The notes beneath the pieces are model-generated. The model saw only the letters and a program-made list of their open reading frames with translations. It had not been told where the DNA came from and searched no databases. From Octopus vulgaris (taxonomy: Eukaryota): a stretch of DNA of 64,000 bases. A program made the translations under genes and the position numbers. Shown in pieces: positions 26,611-39,600 of this stretch. Where the stretch lies: the NCBI GenBank assembly GCA_951406725.2, contig OX597814.1:67084001-67148000 (forward strand), read 5' to 3'. Every line of letters begins with the position of its first letter. Positions within the stretch are counted from its first letter, which is position 1.

Positions 26611-27909
26611 TCATGCTGTTGAGAGCCATAACCAAAAAATCTCATTACCAAACAAAAAGTTGTTAGAATTTAATACATGACAAAGGTTTAGTAATTTACT
26701 TTAGAAAAAAATCAAAAATGCAAATGATTCTTATTTTTAATACTGACATCTTTTGGCTTGGCATAAGGCCAATTTTTGTGAAGAATAGCATGGTCAACTA
26801 AACTGATTGTAATATACCACCAGTTCTGTTGAATCAATCCTGGTGGACAATTTAGACATAACTGAATAACCTTGTCCAGTGTAGTACAATCAGTTGAAAA
26901 AAAAAAAGAACTGAAGTCATTTTAAAAAATTATTTCAAGGTCTACATTTTACAATTCCTTTTCTCTGTAACTTTGTAATCAATTTCTCTGAAATTCATGA
27001 GAAACATTAAATATATGAAGCTTGTTTCCCTAGAATCAGTAGGGATCAACACAAACTGATGAGCATGTGTGCATTGGTTTAAAATACAGAATACATAGTC
27101 TTTATTCTTTCAACATATCTGTCAATTATCTGCTACCAATCAGTCTTTTCTGATAATAGAAACAGGATTCAGAGATCAATGATTCTGAATGGGTTAGAGA
27201 TAGATGATCAAGAACCCTATGATAGCAAAAATTACTTCTCATCAAATCCAGCTGATTTTTTTTATTAATTTATTCTTTCGTTTTACTTTCTTTTTTTTTT
27301 AATTATTTCTTGCGCACACACCCACAAGTCTATCACACAAGCATGAAATGATGGACAAAGATGACCGATATTTACTTGTGGATTTCAAGGTGACAACAGC
27401 AACCAATGTTACTGAAAAAACAAATGAAAACCTTTTTAGTTCAACAACTGTTAAAATAAAAAAATGTTTAAAATAATATTGAATCTGAAATATGAGTTAG
27501 TAGAGTTAGAAGGAACAAAAGCAACAGAAAGCTGAATTGAAAAAAATAAAGGAAGAAAACAGAAAAGAAAAGAAAACAACAACTGTCAGGCCATGGAAGA
27601 AAGAAATGCAAACAAGGATACAGACTCAACAAAAGCAAGTAAGTAGAGAGAAGAGGAATGAAAATATAAACCTTCAGAGAAAAGTAAACCCACCACCCTT
27701 AAATATACAAACTGAACTGAAACAGGTGATGATAACAATTTAGTTCACTGACAAGCAAGCACAAATTTTTAAACAACAAAACATTCTTTCTAAAAAGAGG
27801 GGTTATGTACAATTTCAGTCTTCTTTGGTTCATTACTGTATTTTCCATTACCAATACATATAAGAATTTTCACCCAGTATAAAAATTATCACCCATTTAC
27901 AATACATAC

Positions 27910-28770
27910 ATGTATGTATGTCTGGTAGACGCACAATATAAAAGAGTTGCTTTGATGCAGGTCCGAGGAAATGTCACTGTGATGCCTAAAACATCAAACA
28001 TTATGTAGGACAAGAGGAAAGACTGCGCTACAAAGCTTTTGAACAAACTCAAGCATCCCCTCCAACCAAACATGCTTTGATTTTTCTCAGATGACAAAAA
28101 TTTCTGCCAGGATCAGATGGTGAACACACAGAACAACTATTGGCTTGCTGTGTCCCCAAAACATGTACTAAGAGTGATAAAAATCAAACATTCAGTCAAC
28201 ATCATGGTGTTTGGAGTGATCACTAGTGATGGCAACGTTATGCATGCATTGATCTTTCCACACAGCCACACACTCAACACGGAGTGCTGGAGGAGGCAGT
28301 GCTGCCCTGGGTCAAGAGGGTAGCTGCTATGTCTGGCAACAGGACTCAGCACCATCCCACACAAGCAGGAGAACCCAGTCACAGCTGTCAGACAATTTCT
28401 GCGACCACATCACCCCTAACATCTAGCCACCTAACTCCCCAGGCTGCAACCCCCTTAATTATTATGTGTGGGGTGCAGTTGAGTGAGAGACCAACAAAAC
28501 TCCTTGTAACAACAAAGATGAATTGAAGGAGAGGATTATGGCAGCATTCACCAACTTAAACAAAGAGACCATCCAGAAGAGTTACAGGAGATTCCGAAGT
28601 TGTCTGGAGGCCATAGTTGAAGCCAATGGTGATTTTAATGAATAAATTTACTCTTTAGTATTTCAAGATACTTTTATGTAATTTTGCTAAATATATCTGT
28701 TAAAATGAAATGTCAGTGTTATTTTCATTTTTGCATAATTTAGACAATTTATTCACCACACCTTGTGTAT
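27910..28770 (+). mobile_element. Tc1/maT-like transposase remnant (catalytic region and 3' end)
   Basis: FFSDDKNFCQDQMVNTQNNYWLA...KHSVNIMVFGVITSDGNVM...WQQDSAP...PPNSPGCNPLNYYVWG; ends near caccacaccttgtgtata. Confidence 0.85.
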
Positions 28771-28831
28771 ACACACACACGTGTAAGTAGGGAAAAGAAT
28801 GAAAAAGGCACTCAACACATTTAGCAGGAGT

Positions 28832-29363
28832 TACATGTATTATTATTTAAAACAGTTTCATTTGAATCCATGTAACTTTAAGTTTCACAGGCCTGTAACA
28901 GAAAGCCATCTTCAAGCTTAGTTTACTAAATGAAGAAACACAAGAAGTCAGGATGACTACTGAAAAATGGGCTGCTATCGGTGAAGGTGAGACACAAGGC
29001 CTTCTTGGAGATAAGTTCAGCAATACTGGGACCCTAGGTTCATTAGAAAGGAGAATTCCTTGGATCATGTGGCTGGACAAAAAGCTGACAATGTTTTGGA
29101 GTCTGGGAAACTCCTGTCCAGCCATGTGGCCCAAGGAATTCTCCTTCCTAATGAACTTGGTGTCACTGTATTACTAAACTTACCTCTAAGAAGACCATGT
29201 GTCTCAACTTGACCAATAGCAACCCATTTTCCAGTAGCCATCTTGAACTTCTTGTGTTTCTGCATTTGGTAGTTTAAGCCCAAACAAAGCAAGTCTCCAT
29301 TACAAGCGCATGAAATTTTAGGCTGCATGGAACCAAATCAATTTGTTTTAAATAATATATGTA
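28832..29363. repeat. ~530-bp imperfect palindrome (foldback/MITE-like)
   Basis: Arms of about 245 bp (28832-29078 and 29115-29363) are reverse complements; the two opposite-strand ORFs 28953-29177 (+) and 29065-29328 (-) give similar peptides. Confidence 0.9.
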
Positions 29364-30114
29364 CAGATATATATATATATATATACATACATATATACAC
29401 ACATACACACACGCATATACATTATATACACACACATTATACACACATACACACACACATTCATTCCCACTCCCATCAACATTCTTCTTTTGCAATATCC
29501 TGCCACTTACATTATGACATTCGAACCTCAAGGGCACTTGCAACCATCTATATCTCTCTCTTCCTTTACTTTCATTTATATTCTCTTGTAAGTGTGCCCA
29601 GCAATTTGCAGCCATCTCTATCCTGCTGTCTCCCACTATCTCTCTCCTTCTCCTGTTCTTCCTTTAGGTTGGGTAACCACGCTTCTGTCTTCATTCCTGA
29701 TCTTTCTCGCTCTCCAGTCAGGTAACCTTGTATCTCCTCTACAACAAGACATGTTTTGGCCTCTCTGTCTCACTATAAACTTTCATCATCTGACTCAAGA
29801 TTACTTCCTCCAATACCCTCTCTCATCTTAAAAGATTTTTTTTTTCTGTCTTGCAAGGTATGTGGTGACCCTGTCACTGCAGGTGTGACTTAAAAAGCAT
29901 CCAATCCACACTGTGAAGTAGTTGGCATTTGGAAGGGCATCCAGCTGTAAAAACTTTGCCAATACTGACCTTGCTGTGTGTGTGTGTGTATGTATATATA
30001 TATACATACATACACATATCCATATATATAAATATATACATATATCCATACATATAAATATATACATATATCCATACATATATATACACATATCCGTATA
30101 TATATATATATATA

Positions 30115-30349
30115 TCGTAAAAAGCACCATCCGTCCGTAGCCGTTTGCCAGCTCCGTCTGGCACCTGTGCAGGTGGCACGTAAAAAGCACCCACTACACT
30201 CAGAGTGGTTGGCGTTAGGAAGCGCATCCAGCCGTAGAAACACTGCCAGATCAGACTGGGCCTGATGCAGCCTTCAGGCTTCACAGACCCCAGTTGAACC
30301 ATCCAACCCATGCTAGCATGGAAAGCGGACACTAAATGATGATGATGAT

Positions 30350-30352
<3 letters not shown>
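30115..30352 (+). mobile_element. Young RTE 3'-tail copy
   Basis: aaaagcacccactacactc...ggcgttaggaag...ccaacccatgctagcatggaaagcggac..(GAT)n with CpGs intact. Confidence 0.9.
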
Positions 30353-30387
<35 letters not shown>

Positions 30388-30436
30388 TATAAATAGAGAG
30401 AGAGAGAGAGAGACAGAGACAGAGAAAGAGAGATAC

Positions 30437-30480
<44 letters not shown>

Positions 30481-30492
30481 CCATGCATGTGA

Positions 30493-30815
30493 AGGCACAT
30501 GGCTCAGTGGTTAGAGCGCTGATTATGATGTTGTGAGTTTGAATCCTGGGACGGGCTGCGTGTTGTGTTCTTGAGCAAGACACTTTATTTCACATTGCTC
30601 CAGTTCACTTGGCTGTAGAAATGAGTTGTGATGTCACAGGTGCCAAGCTGTATCAGCCTTTGCCTTTCCTTGGATAACACTGGTGGCTTGGAGAGGGGAG
30701 GCTGGTATGCATGGGCAACTGCTGGTCTTCCATAAACAACCTTGTCCAGTCTCCTACCAGGGAGAGTAACTTTCTAGGGGCAATCCCATGGTCAGTCATG
30801 ACCGAAGTGAGTCTC
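30493..30815 (+). mobile_element. tRNA-derived SINE (similar copies at 38034-38290 and 41912-42625)
   Basis: GGCACATGGCTCAGTGGTTAGAGC head, GTTTGAATCC B box, TTCTTGAGCAAGACACTTT central domain. Confidence 0.85.
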
Positions 30816-30896
30816 AGCAGTATCCATACATATATAAATACTTATTTCCATAAATACTTATTTCCATAAATATTTATATAAATACACATCCATACA

Positions 30897-31540
<644 letters not shown>

Positions 31541-31599
31541 ATATCCATATATCTGTGTATATATATTGATATACACATATATCGATATATGTATATATA

Positions 31600-31790
31600 T
31601 ACTCATGGTTGACTGCTAACTCCAAAAGTTTTTTTAATCACTCGCTGTTTATTTCCTTGTGTTCCTTTCTGTTGAAGAGTGTAGACTCAAAACGTAAAAG
31701 ACTTTCTCACCTTCCCGAGTGTCGAACTAATAAACCTGCTTGTTGTTTATACACCTGTCTTCATCTTGTTTTTCTGTAAATTTAAACTAC
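31600..31790 (+). mobile_element. Short Penelope-like 3'-terminal fragment with a decayed hammerhead-like motif
   Basis: ctgTTGAAGAgtgtagactcAAAACgt at about 31669-31695; flanked by (TA)n. The family assignment is recalled, not verified. Confidence 0.5.
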
Positions 31791-31794
31791 ATAT

Positions 31795-34480
31795 ATACAA
31801 CGCACTATTCTTAGTTAGAAATACCTCCAACAGGAAACTTGAGCTATACAAAAAAAGATTACACAATTTCTTCAAAAACCAAGAACTAGCCATCACCGTA
31901 GAAAAAGATAACTCGGTGAACTTCCTAGACATTAACTTTAACCTTAATACATCATCTTATCAACCTTATAATAGACCTAAAAGAAATATCACATACATAC
32001 ATGCATGCACAAAGTAACCATCCTTATAATATTATAAAAAATCTAACCACTAACATAGAAGAGGAAATTTTTAACAAGTATAAAGACTACTATAATCTAG
32101 CACTTAAGACAGCAGGATACAAATATTGAATTACGTACAACAAAAACAATAGCACCTATTCCAATAATTATCTAGATAAGAACAATACTGACCATATTAC
32201 TGAACCTAAATTAACTGGTGAATTAGAAAACCTCAACACACAAATTCTCTCAATAATAATCATCATCATTAGCAACAGACAAATCCTACAACAACAATAA
32301 ACAATAATAAACACTATAAATATGAGCAACAAAACCATAACCTCCCTAAAAGAACTAACAACACTAATTTTACCAACCCACAAATCACCAAATACACTGT
32401 TAATAATGTAATTAAACCCAAATATACAGACAATAAATACTGAAAACAAATAACTATAGACAGAAATAAGAACATGAAACCTACACACTTAAAAAATCAA
32501 ACTTATCCCACTACATCTCAACCTTCTAATAATTTACATAACCACACAAATCATATTAATAAAGATAGGAATATAGAAAAAAAGAAACCTATACCATATG
32601 TAAGAATAGATGACCCACAAAATATAAACCACTACTACAATAAAGAAAACAACAACATCATTTGGAACATAATTCTTTTTGCAAAACATCTAAAATCTAA
32701 TTTTATTAAATCCATTAGAAATATTATTTAATAACAAAATGATCAGATTTGAATTTTCAGTTTCTCCAAACCTATTTAGGATCATCTCTTCATTTAACAA
32801 TAAGAAACTAGACCAATTCTATTATAAAAACAACTCCTTCTAATATACCTACTAACCTCAATAATTCCATATCTAATAACAATTATCAGAATAACCAAAA
32901 CTCAACTGCCCCTAATACACATAGACATAGCAATAGAGTACCAACTAATAATTCTAATTGTAATTGTAGAAACCCAAATACTTGTGAGGTAGATGGTAAC
33001 TGTAAAATGAACAATGTAGTATACCAAGCAACAATTATTACCCATAATCTCTCTAAATTTACTAACATCAGATGTACACAAAATTCTTTCAAATTAAGAT
33101 TAAATAATCATAAATCATCTTTTAATGACTTAGATAAGAAAATAGCACAGGTCTATCCAAAAAGGTTTGGCAACTTAAAAGAAGCAATAGAGATTTCTCA
33201 ATTTCTTGGAAAATACTTTCTTCTGTTCCATCTTATAGACATTATAACAAGATCTGCAAATTATGCCTAGAGGAAAGTTACAAAATAATGAAAATGAACG
33301 GTTTTCTTGTTAAAGAGATGAAAGAGTTTTTTCTTGCAGACATGTCAAAATTCCTTTTTATTAATCTTAAATAATCTTTCCACCCCACTACCTTAACTAC
33401 TTTATCTTATTCCTTATAGTTTAGTTTTTTGTATAATACCCCTCTCTACATTATTTCTACCTATGGTTTCAGATTTCTTCTCTACAATACTCTCTACTTT
33501 AATTATTTTACACTACCTGGATATTCGTACGTTATTCAACCATCCCCCTTCTATATTGTATTACCTTCATTTCATTAATATAACACTTATACCAAATATT
33601 CAAATACCTTCTACTTTTTCTCAATATATATTTTTAGACAATTTTTGGACCTCTACACATATATATACATTATTTGTATGTAATGTATTTCTTTTACAAT
33701 ATGTACTTATACACCTATCTCGCACCTATTATTATTATCATCATAATTTCCTATTGCCAGTCTGTATGATACTTTTTACTTTTGATATATGCAAACACCT
33801 TTTAATATTATTTCGGTGACTATTTTGCCCTTATATATCCTTTTTCATTATCTTTTTACCCTCTTTTCTTCCTTCTTATTCATAACCTATTCTATTTGTA
33901 TAATATGTATTTTTTTTTTTAAAAAACTACCTCCCTTAACTATCCCAATTTCTTATTTTTTAATTTTAAAAAATTATTTATGGTTTCTTGCAAATCTACC
34001 TAATATTAATCAAAATCTTACAGATGATATATATTTATACTTATAGTAATTCTTGGTGCACAACAATCACTTCCACAAAATGTACACACTCCCATAAATG
34101 TAGTTTTTTTTTAATCATTTTGGGTTATACATACAAATAGATTTATAGTTTTTCACTTTTTCTCATTATTATTAATATTATTATTTTTATTTATTATTAT
34201 TATTATTATTATTGCTTCTAAAGTTTTTCCAACTTTATATTAACATTGATTAATATAATTAGTATATTATACATTATATTCTATATTTTACTAAAACATA
34301 TAAAGTTTATACATATACATGTCATATATAATACAGATTATTATACACAGGTATAATATAGATGTATATATGCATGTATATCTGCATATGTACAAATGAA
34401 AATATATATACACACACACATATATGCACATATCTTTTTATCTTATTTCGTAGATTTGTTCCTTTTAAATGCATCAGTAT

Positions 34481-34533
<53 letters not shown>

Positions 34534-35770
34534 ACATATTTTGAAATAAAATTCTCTTATATAGATTTGATAAATATGAATTACTTCTCATATCATTAAT
34601 ATACTTATTTTTTCTCACCTACCACTCCTTAATAATAAAAATACTTTTTCTTACATTCACTTTCACCACTATGTTAAATAAGTTAGAAAATTACTTATAA
34701 AAATATCACTATGGATTTTTACCTCTTTTATGCATAACTAGATTCTCAATTTATATTGTAATTTTTTTTAATATCTAACATAGTTAACATTAAATCTTTG
34801 AGAGATTTAGAAATGCAATATTTCTAATAGCTAACATTAAAATATAGAAACGTGAAATTTTTTGAAAAATCTTTCTTACGAATTTATCTTAGCCTTATCT
34901 CCCCTACACTGTTACTTTATTCAACTTCTCAAAAACACTTATTTATTACCATATGTGCTTTTTCTATAATCTTAACCACAGCAAGTATTTTCTTTCTCAA
35001 TTCTGTAATATTAATAACTATTCTTCTTTTTTAGTCCTTCCTCTTAGACTTATTTCACACAAATGAATATAATGCATTTTAACTAATAATAAATCATTTT
35101 TCCCATTATATTAACCTAATAATTACTCCCTCACAACCCTAAATCATTTTTTTCATTTGAAATTCAAGTAACTTATATAAAATTATATTAACTATTCATA
35201 TTTCTTAATTTTTTAAAACAATTTCTTTTAATATACACCATACTTTATTTTCGTTATTTTAATTATATACCACTCATAACTGTCAAAATCAAATATAAAT
35301 TTAAATATAGCTATGCTGTCCCATTGGACGCTTATTCGTTTATATATATATATATTAGTTCATAAACATTTTTTCACCATTAGCCGCCTCAGTTATAGTT
35401 CATACACAACTAGACTCAACACTATCTTAGCATGTTTTTATCTTTCATAAGCATATTATGCATATCCAAATATGTTATGTGACACTCACTTCATCTAGTC
35501 TTCTGTAACAATATAATATTTTTTTGATGAAGTCTTTTTTTGTACTGAGGAGAACAGTAATATGTAAATAATTTAATTATAATTATAATAAAATTAATTT
35601 CTAATTTTTTTACCATGTTATTTACATCTTAATATTACCGTTCAAAACGATCGTATGCATGGATTAAAATTTTTTAGAACTTTTAACACCTTCTCTTCTC
35701 CACCTTTAATTGTTTGTTGAGTTTCTAGACTACGTGTTCTATAAATGCTCATAACACACCTTATTTACAT
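31795..35770 (+). mobile_element. 5'-truncated, decayed Penelope-like retroelement (RT plus GIY-YIG endonuclease, Naiad-like) with long AT-rich 3' region
   Basis: VNFLDINFNLNTSSYQPYNRPK..ITYIH (PLE RT C-terminus); CNCRNPNTCEVDGNC..NVVYQATI...FKLRLNNHKSSF...WKIL...CKLCLEE...CRH (GIY-YIG region at about 32960-33345); hammerhead near the 3' end. Confidence 0.88.
35541..35659 (+). ncRNA. Type I hammerhead of the Penelope-like element, probably inactivated (G12A)
   Basis: tgta-CUGAGGA-GAAC...GUUC-AAAAC-GAUC-GUA-tgca; stem I UGUA/UGCA, palindromic stem III loop, long AU-rich stem II. Confidence 0.75.
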
Positions 35771-36425
35771 ATGTGTGTGTGTGTATATATATATATATAC
35801 ACATACACGTGTGCCTATGTTTGCATGCATGTGTGTGTGTATATATATATATACACACACACACACGTGTATCTGTATGTTTGTATGTATATAAATATGT
35901 TGTTGATACCTAGTCATTTCCTCAGTTCTTCACAGAAATATTTCACACACATTAAACTATACTACATATCCTCTGCATATATTACCCACTACATAATCCA
36001 TCACAATTTAAAGACACCCCAAATATTTTCTCCTACACTTAAGAGAAATTCTTATGTCCCAACAGAAATCTTGAACCTACTATAACTTTTAAACCTTAGC
36101 ACCATGTTATGGCAGATTTTCCCTCACACATGTAGCATGTACTTCAGCTAATAATTTCTGAAAGCTACAAGAACAGTCTACGGCCTACTTTTCACAACTC
36201 CTACAGCTCACTATTTCCAGTGCACATGATACTCCTATTATTTATATATCCCATATGATCTAGACTCCCAAATACAAGTTTTTTAAACCTTATTTTTGTA
36301 CTGAGAAAAATACTGAGCTTCTGCAGACACCTCAGTATATTGAACAAACCTACTTCCTTGATTCCACTGAGCTTTTCTATATCAAATAATACTTTAGTCT
36401 TAGCCACAACTTCTCTCAACCCTTT

Positions 36426-36649
36426 TTAATCCTTTAGCATTCAAATTTCTGTCAAATGTAAGGGCTATTTAGTCACATTGTTTTGAACTAATCATCATCT
36501 CATAGCTTCTTTGAGATGTTGATAATGTGACTATATTTTTAGAAGGACAATGTAGAGTAGGCTTGAGAGGCTGGATCTGGCTGATTTGAACATAAAAGAA
36601 GTAGGGCATTTTGGGCTGGACATGGCCAGTTTAAATGCTAAAGGGTTAA
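36426..36649. mobile_element. piggyBac-type MITE (second family)
   Basis: TTAA-TCCTTTAGCATT...AATGCTAAAGGG-TTAA; inverted relative to 56174-56401. Confidence 0.85.
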
Positions 36650-39600
36650 CTCAGGTTTATTGTTTCTAATTTTTAACATCTGTAGTTTAAAATCTGCAAG
36701 TCAATAGTAATAATATTCTCAAAAGTTTCAAGTCTTGAACATTATGCAATATCTCAATAGACAAGAAAAGAAAGTTGCCTCATCAAGATATTCAATACAT
36801 TGAATTCCATGCTGGACTCACAAGTGATTACAACAACTTTTAACACTCAACAGCTTTCTAATTACTTATGATATTTATTAAACTGTACATGACCCGTGTT
36901 GAACATCTCTAAGTCAACAAATGCATTGTTATTGCTGACAATATATTTCTCGTGGATCCAAGAACAAACGTAACTCACAGAATAATATCCAACTTGAATA
37001 TATCCTACATTTATTCCACATTGTTGAGTGTAAATATACAGACAATACAATGAATACAGTCAAATGAGACTCCTGCTCAGTATACATGAACTTTTGGTCT
37101 GTTCAGTAAAAACATATTTAAAAACTACTATTTGAATAATTATTGGATGCTGTGTGCATGCAAACACTTCTTTAAAATGCTTCAATGCAACATGCAAATA
37201 AGAAAATAAAAACTACAAAATACATTAACTAAGAATAACACAAACAAGATGCATTGATCATTCTTAACAAAAGATTTTAAAAAATGTGAAATATAGAACT
37301 TCAGCAGTTCAAATAGAATTTAAAATTCAAATATCTCAGAAACTTTAAAACCCAAATGTAAAAAAAATAAAAAGAAATGTACCAGCCAAGAAAACATAAG
37401 TAGGCATGTAACCAAGTCAAATATTCAATACCAAGACTGTATTATTATGTCAGTGTGGTTATGTAATAAATACACCAACATAGTATTTTAATAAATATAC
37501 TAAAAAGGAAAAAAAAAACTATGAAAACAGCTAAACTCAAATAAAAAAAATTTTAAAAAGCTACAAAATTTACTTAATATTTTTGCCATTAATCCTATTG
37601 GTTTCTCCTCACATAAATTTGGTAAACACAAATATATATCAATTGTAGCTGAAACTTCTTTCCAGAATAACTTTTTTATCCTATCAACCGCTCTGAATTT
37701 TTAATCAAGTTATTGAGTTATTTTATAAAATAAATTAAATATCTAAAAATTAGATCAAATAGCATCAAATCCTGGGTTTGGAATCTCAAAGGATTTTAAT
37801 TTGATCCTTAGCGTAAAAGTTTTATACTAAATTGGAAATTTTGAAGTATATTTTGTATAAGTGATTTTTTTTGTTAAGGAAAATAACAAGCTTACAAATT
37901 TTTTCTACATTTTAGAGTATTATCCCAAACAGTTATTTTTAAATGACCAGCAATTGAAAGATCTCAAATTACAATACATTTTGAAACAGTAGAGTCTTCT
38001 TTTATTTTATTGGAATGGTTATTATGCCAGTGAAGGTGCATGGCTCAGTGGTTAGAGCATTCAATTCCCAGACCAGGCTGTGTCATGTTCTTGAGCAAAC
38101 ACTCTATTTCGTGCTGTTCCAGTTCACTCAGCTACAGCTGAGTGAAACAAGTTGCATCACTGGTGCCAAATAGTATAGAGAAGAGGCTGGTATGCTTGGT
38201 TGACCACTGGTCTTTTATGAACAACCTTGCCCAGACTTGTGTCTCGGAAGGGAACTTTCTAGATGCAATCCCATGGTCATTCATGGTTGGTAACTACAAC
38301 ACACACAGATTCTATTTCACTTCTTTTATTATCATTAGTCAGTTAACAATTTAACCATTAAACTAATTGCTTGTTTGATTAATTGTTGTTATTCAATCAA
38401 TCAAGTAAGTATGTCAAAGTTTTTTCTTTGCCATTTGCAACTTCATCAGTGACATGCTCTCTCTACTCCAGGTCTGCATCAGGCCTGTCCACTTTTTACT
38501 TACTCATTTGCCAACTATTCCAAGAAAATTTAAGAATTGAGATATATAATAACATTAACACTAATAATACCTAAATTTTAAAATCTTTGTTAATTTCTTG
38601 TATACAAGAAACTATAACAGTCATTATAATAATGAAGCAAATATAAAACTATATATATATATGGTAGACATTCTGATGCATATTAAATGCACTATTAGGC
38701 TAAAATTATTAAAAACCAAAAGATACTTCTTTCTACAGTTGCAAATCCATTGTTTGACATTGTGGAGTGCTAATCCAAGGGTCCTTGAATTTAGTACCCA
38801 TTGGTGAACTTAATATAATTATATCAAGGGGTTATCAAATGCATTTACCTTTAATAAAACCCCTTTAGCTTTGGTGAAGTGGTTATCAGAAAATCAAACT
38901 TACAAATAACTTTGCATTCAAATTACATAGGAAAATGCACAAAGCTGTTTAATATCTCAGTGTGATATCAAGGGAGGATTGTGTTCATTTAGCAACAGAG
39001 CATGATGAAGAGAGTAAACAGAATAAAATAATTAACCCTATGGCAGCGCAATGATTTCAGCTGAGTTTGAACTAATGACTTATGTGTTACAGTTTCATTC
39101 ATCTCTCAGTCATTATTATTGTAGTTGTATTCATTTTTCCATGGTACCATGACTTTCAGTAAATTTGTATAGCAGAATTTTTCCATCCTGTGTCATTTTA
39201 TCAATGACACAATGTTCCAAGTTTTGATTGAAGTACTACATAATAAAACTCAATTGATGATCCTCAAAAAAGTGCTTATGCAGTTGTTCAACATGCAAGA
39301 AATAACAACTAAATCCTGCTTACAATCTTTAGTCCTGGACACTGTCTACAAATAAGATGGATTAGTTATGACCAGGATTGACAGATTACAGGTCCTCCAG
39401 AACAATGCTGATCTAGAGTCAAACAACAATAGCAACAAAACTTGCTCCACTTGCTTCTGTCCCAGAGTATCTTGCAAAACTAACAGCACAGTAGGCAGCT
39501 TCTATGATGCTGAAGCCAGCAGCTTTCAAATAATGCACTTAAAGTTTTGCTTCCATATTGGTTTATATATGGCCCAACAATTATTTTAGAGCAGAGAGAG

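Noticed and set aside
28953-29328. Two similar ORFs on opposite strands suggesting a gene pair
   Set aside because: A by-product of the palindrome; the frames are broken at different places and no domain is recognisable.
30493-30560. tRNA-like sequences with A and B boxes (also at 14176, 38034 and 53512)
   Set aside because: They are SINE heads continuing into SINE bodies, with no complete cloverleaf.
32950-33345. Possible selenocysteine (in-frame TGA) in the Naiad-like GIY-YIG region
   Set aside because: The conserved Cys positions I could read are TGT or TGC; the disruptions look like ordinary decay.
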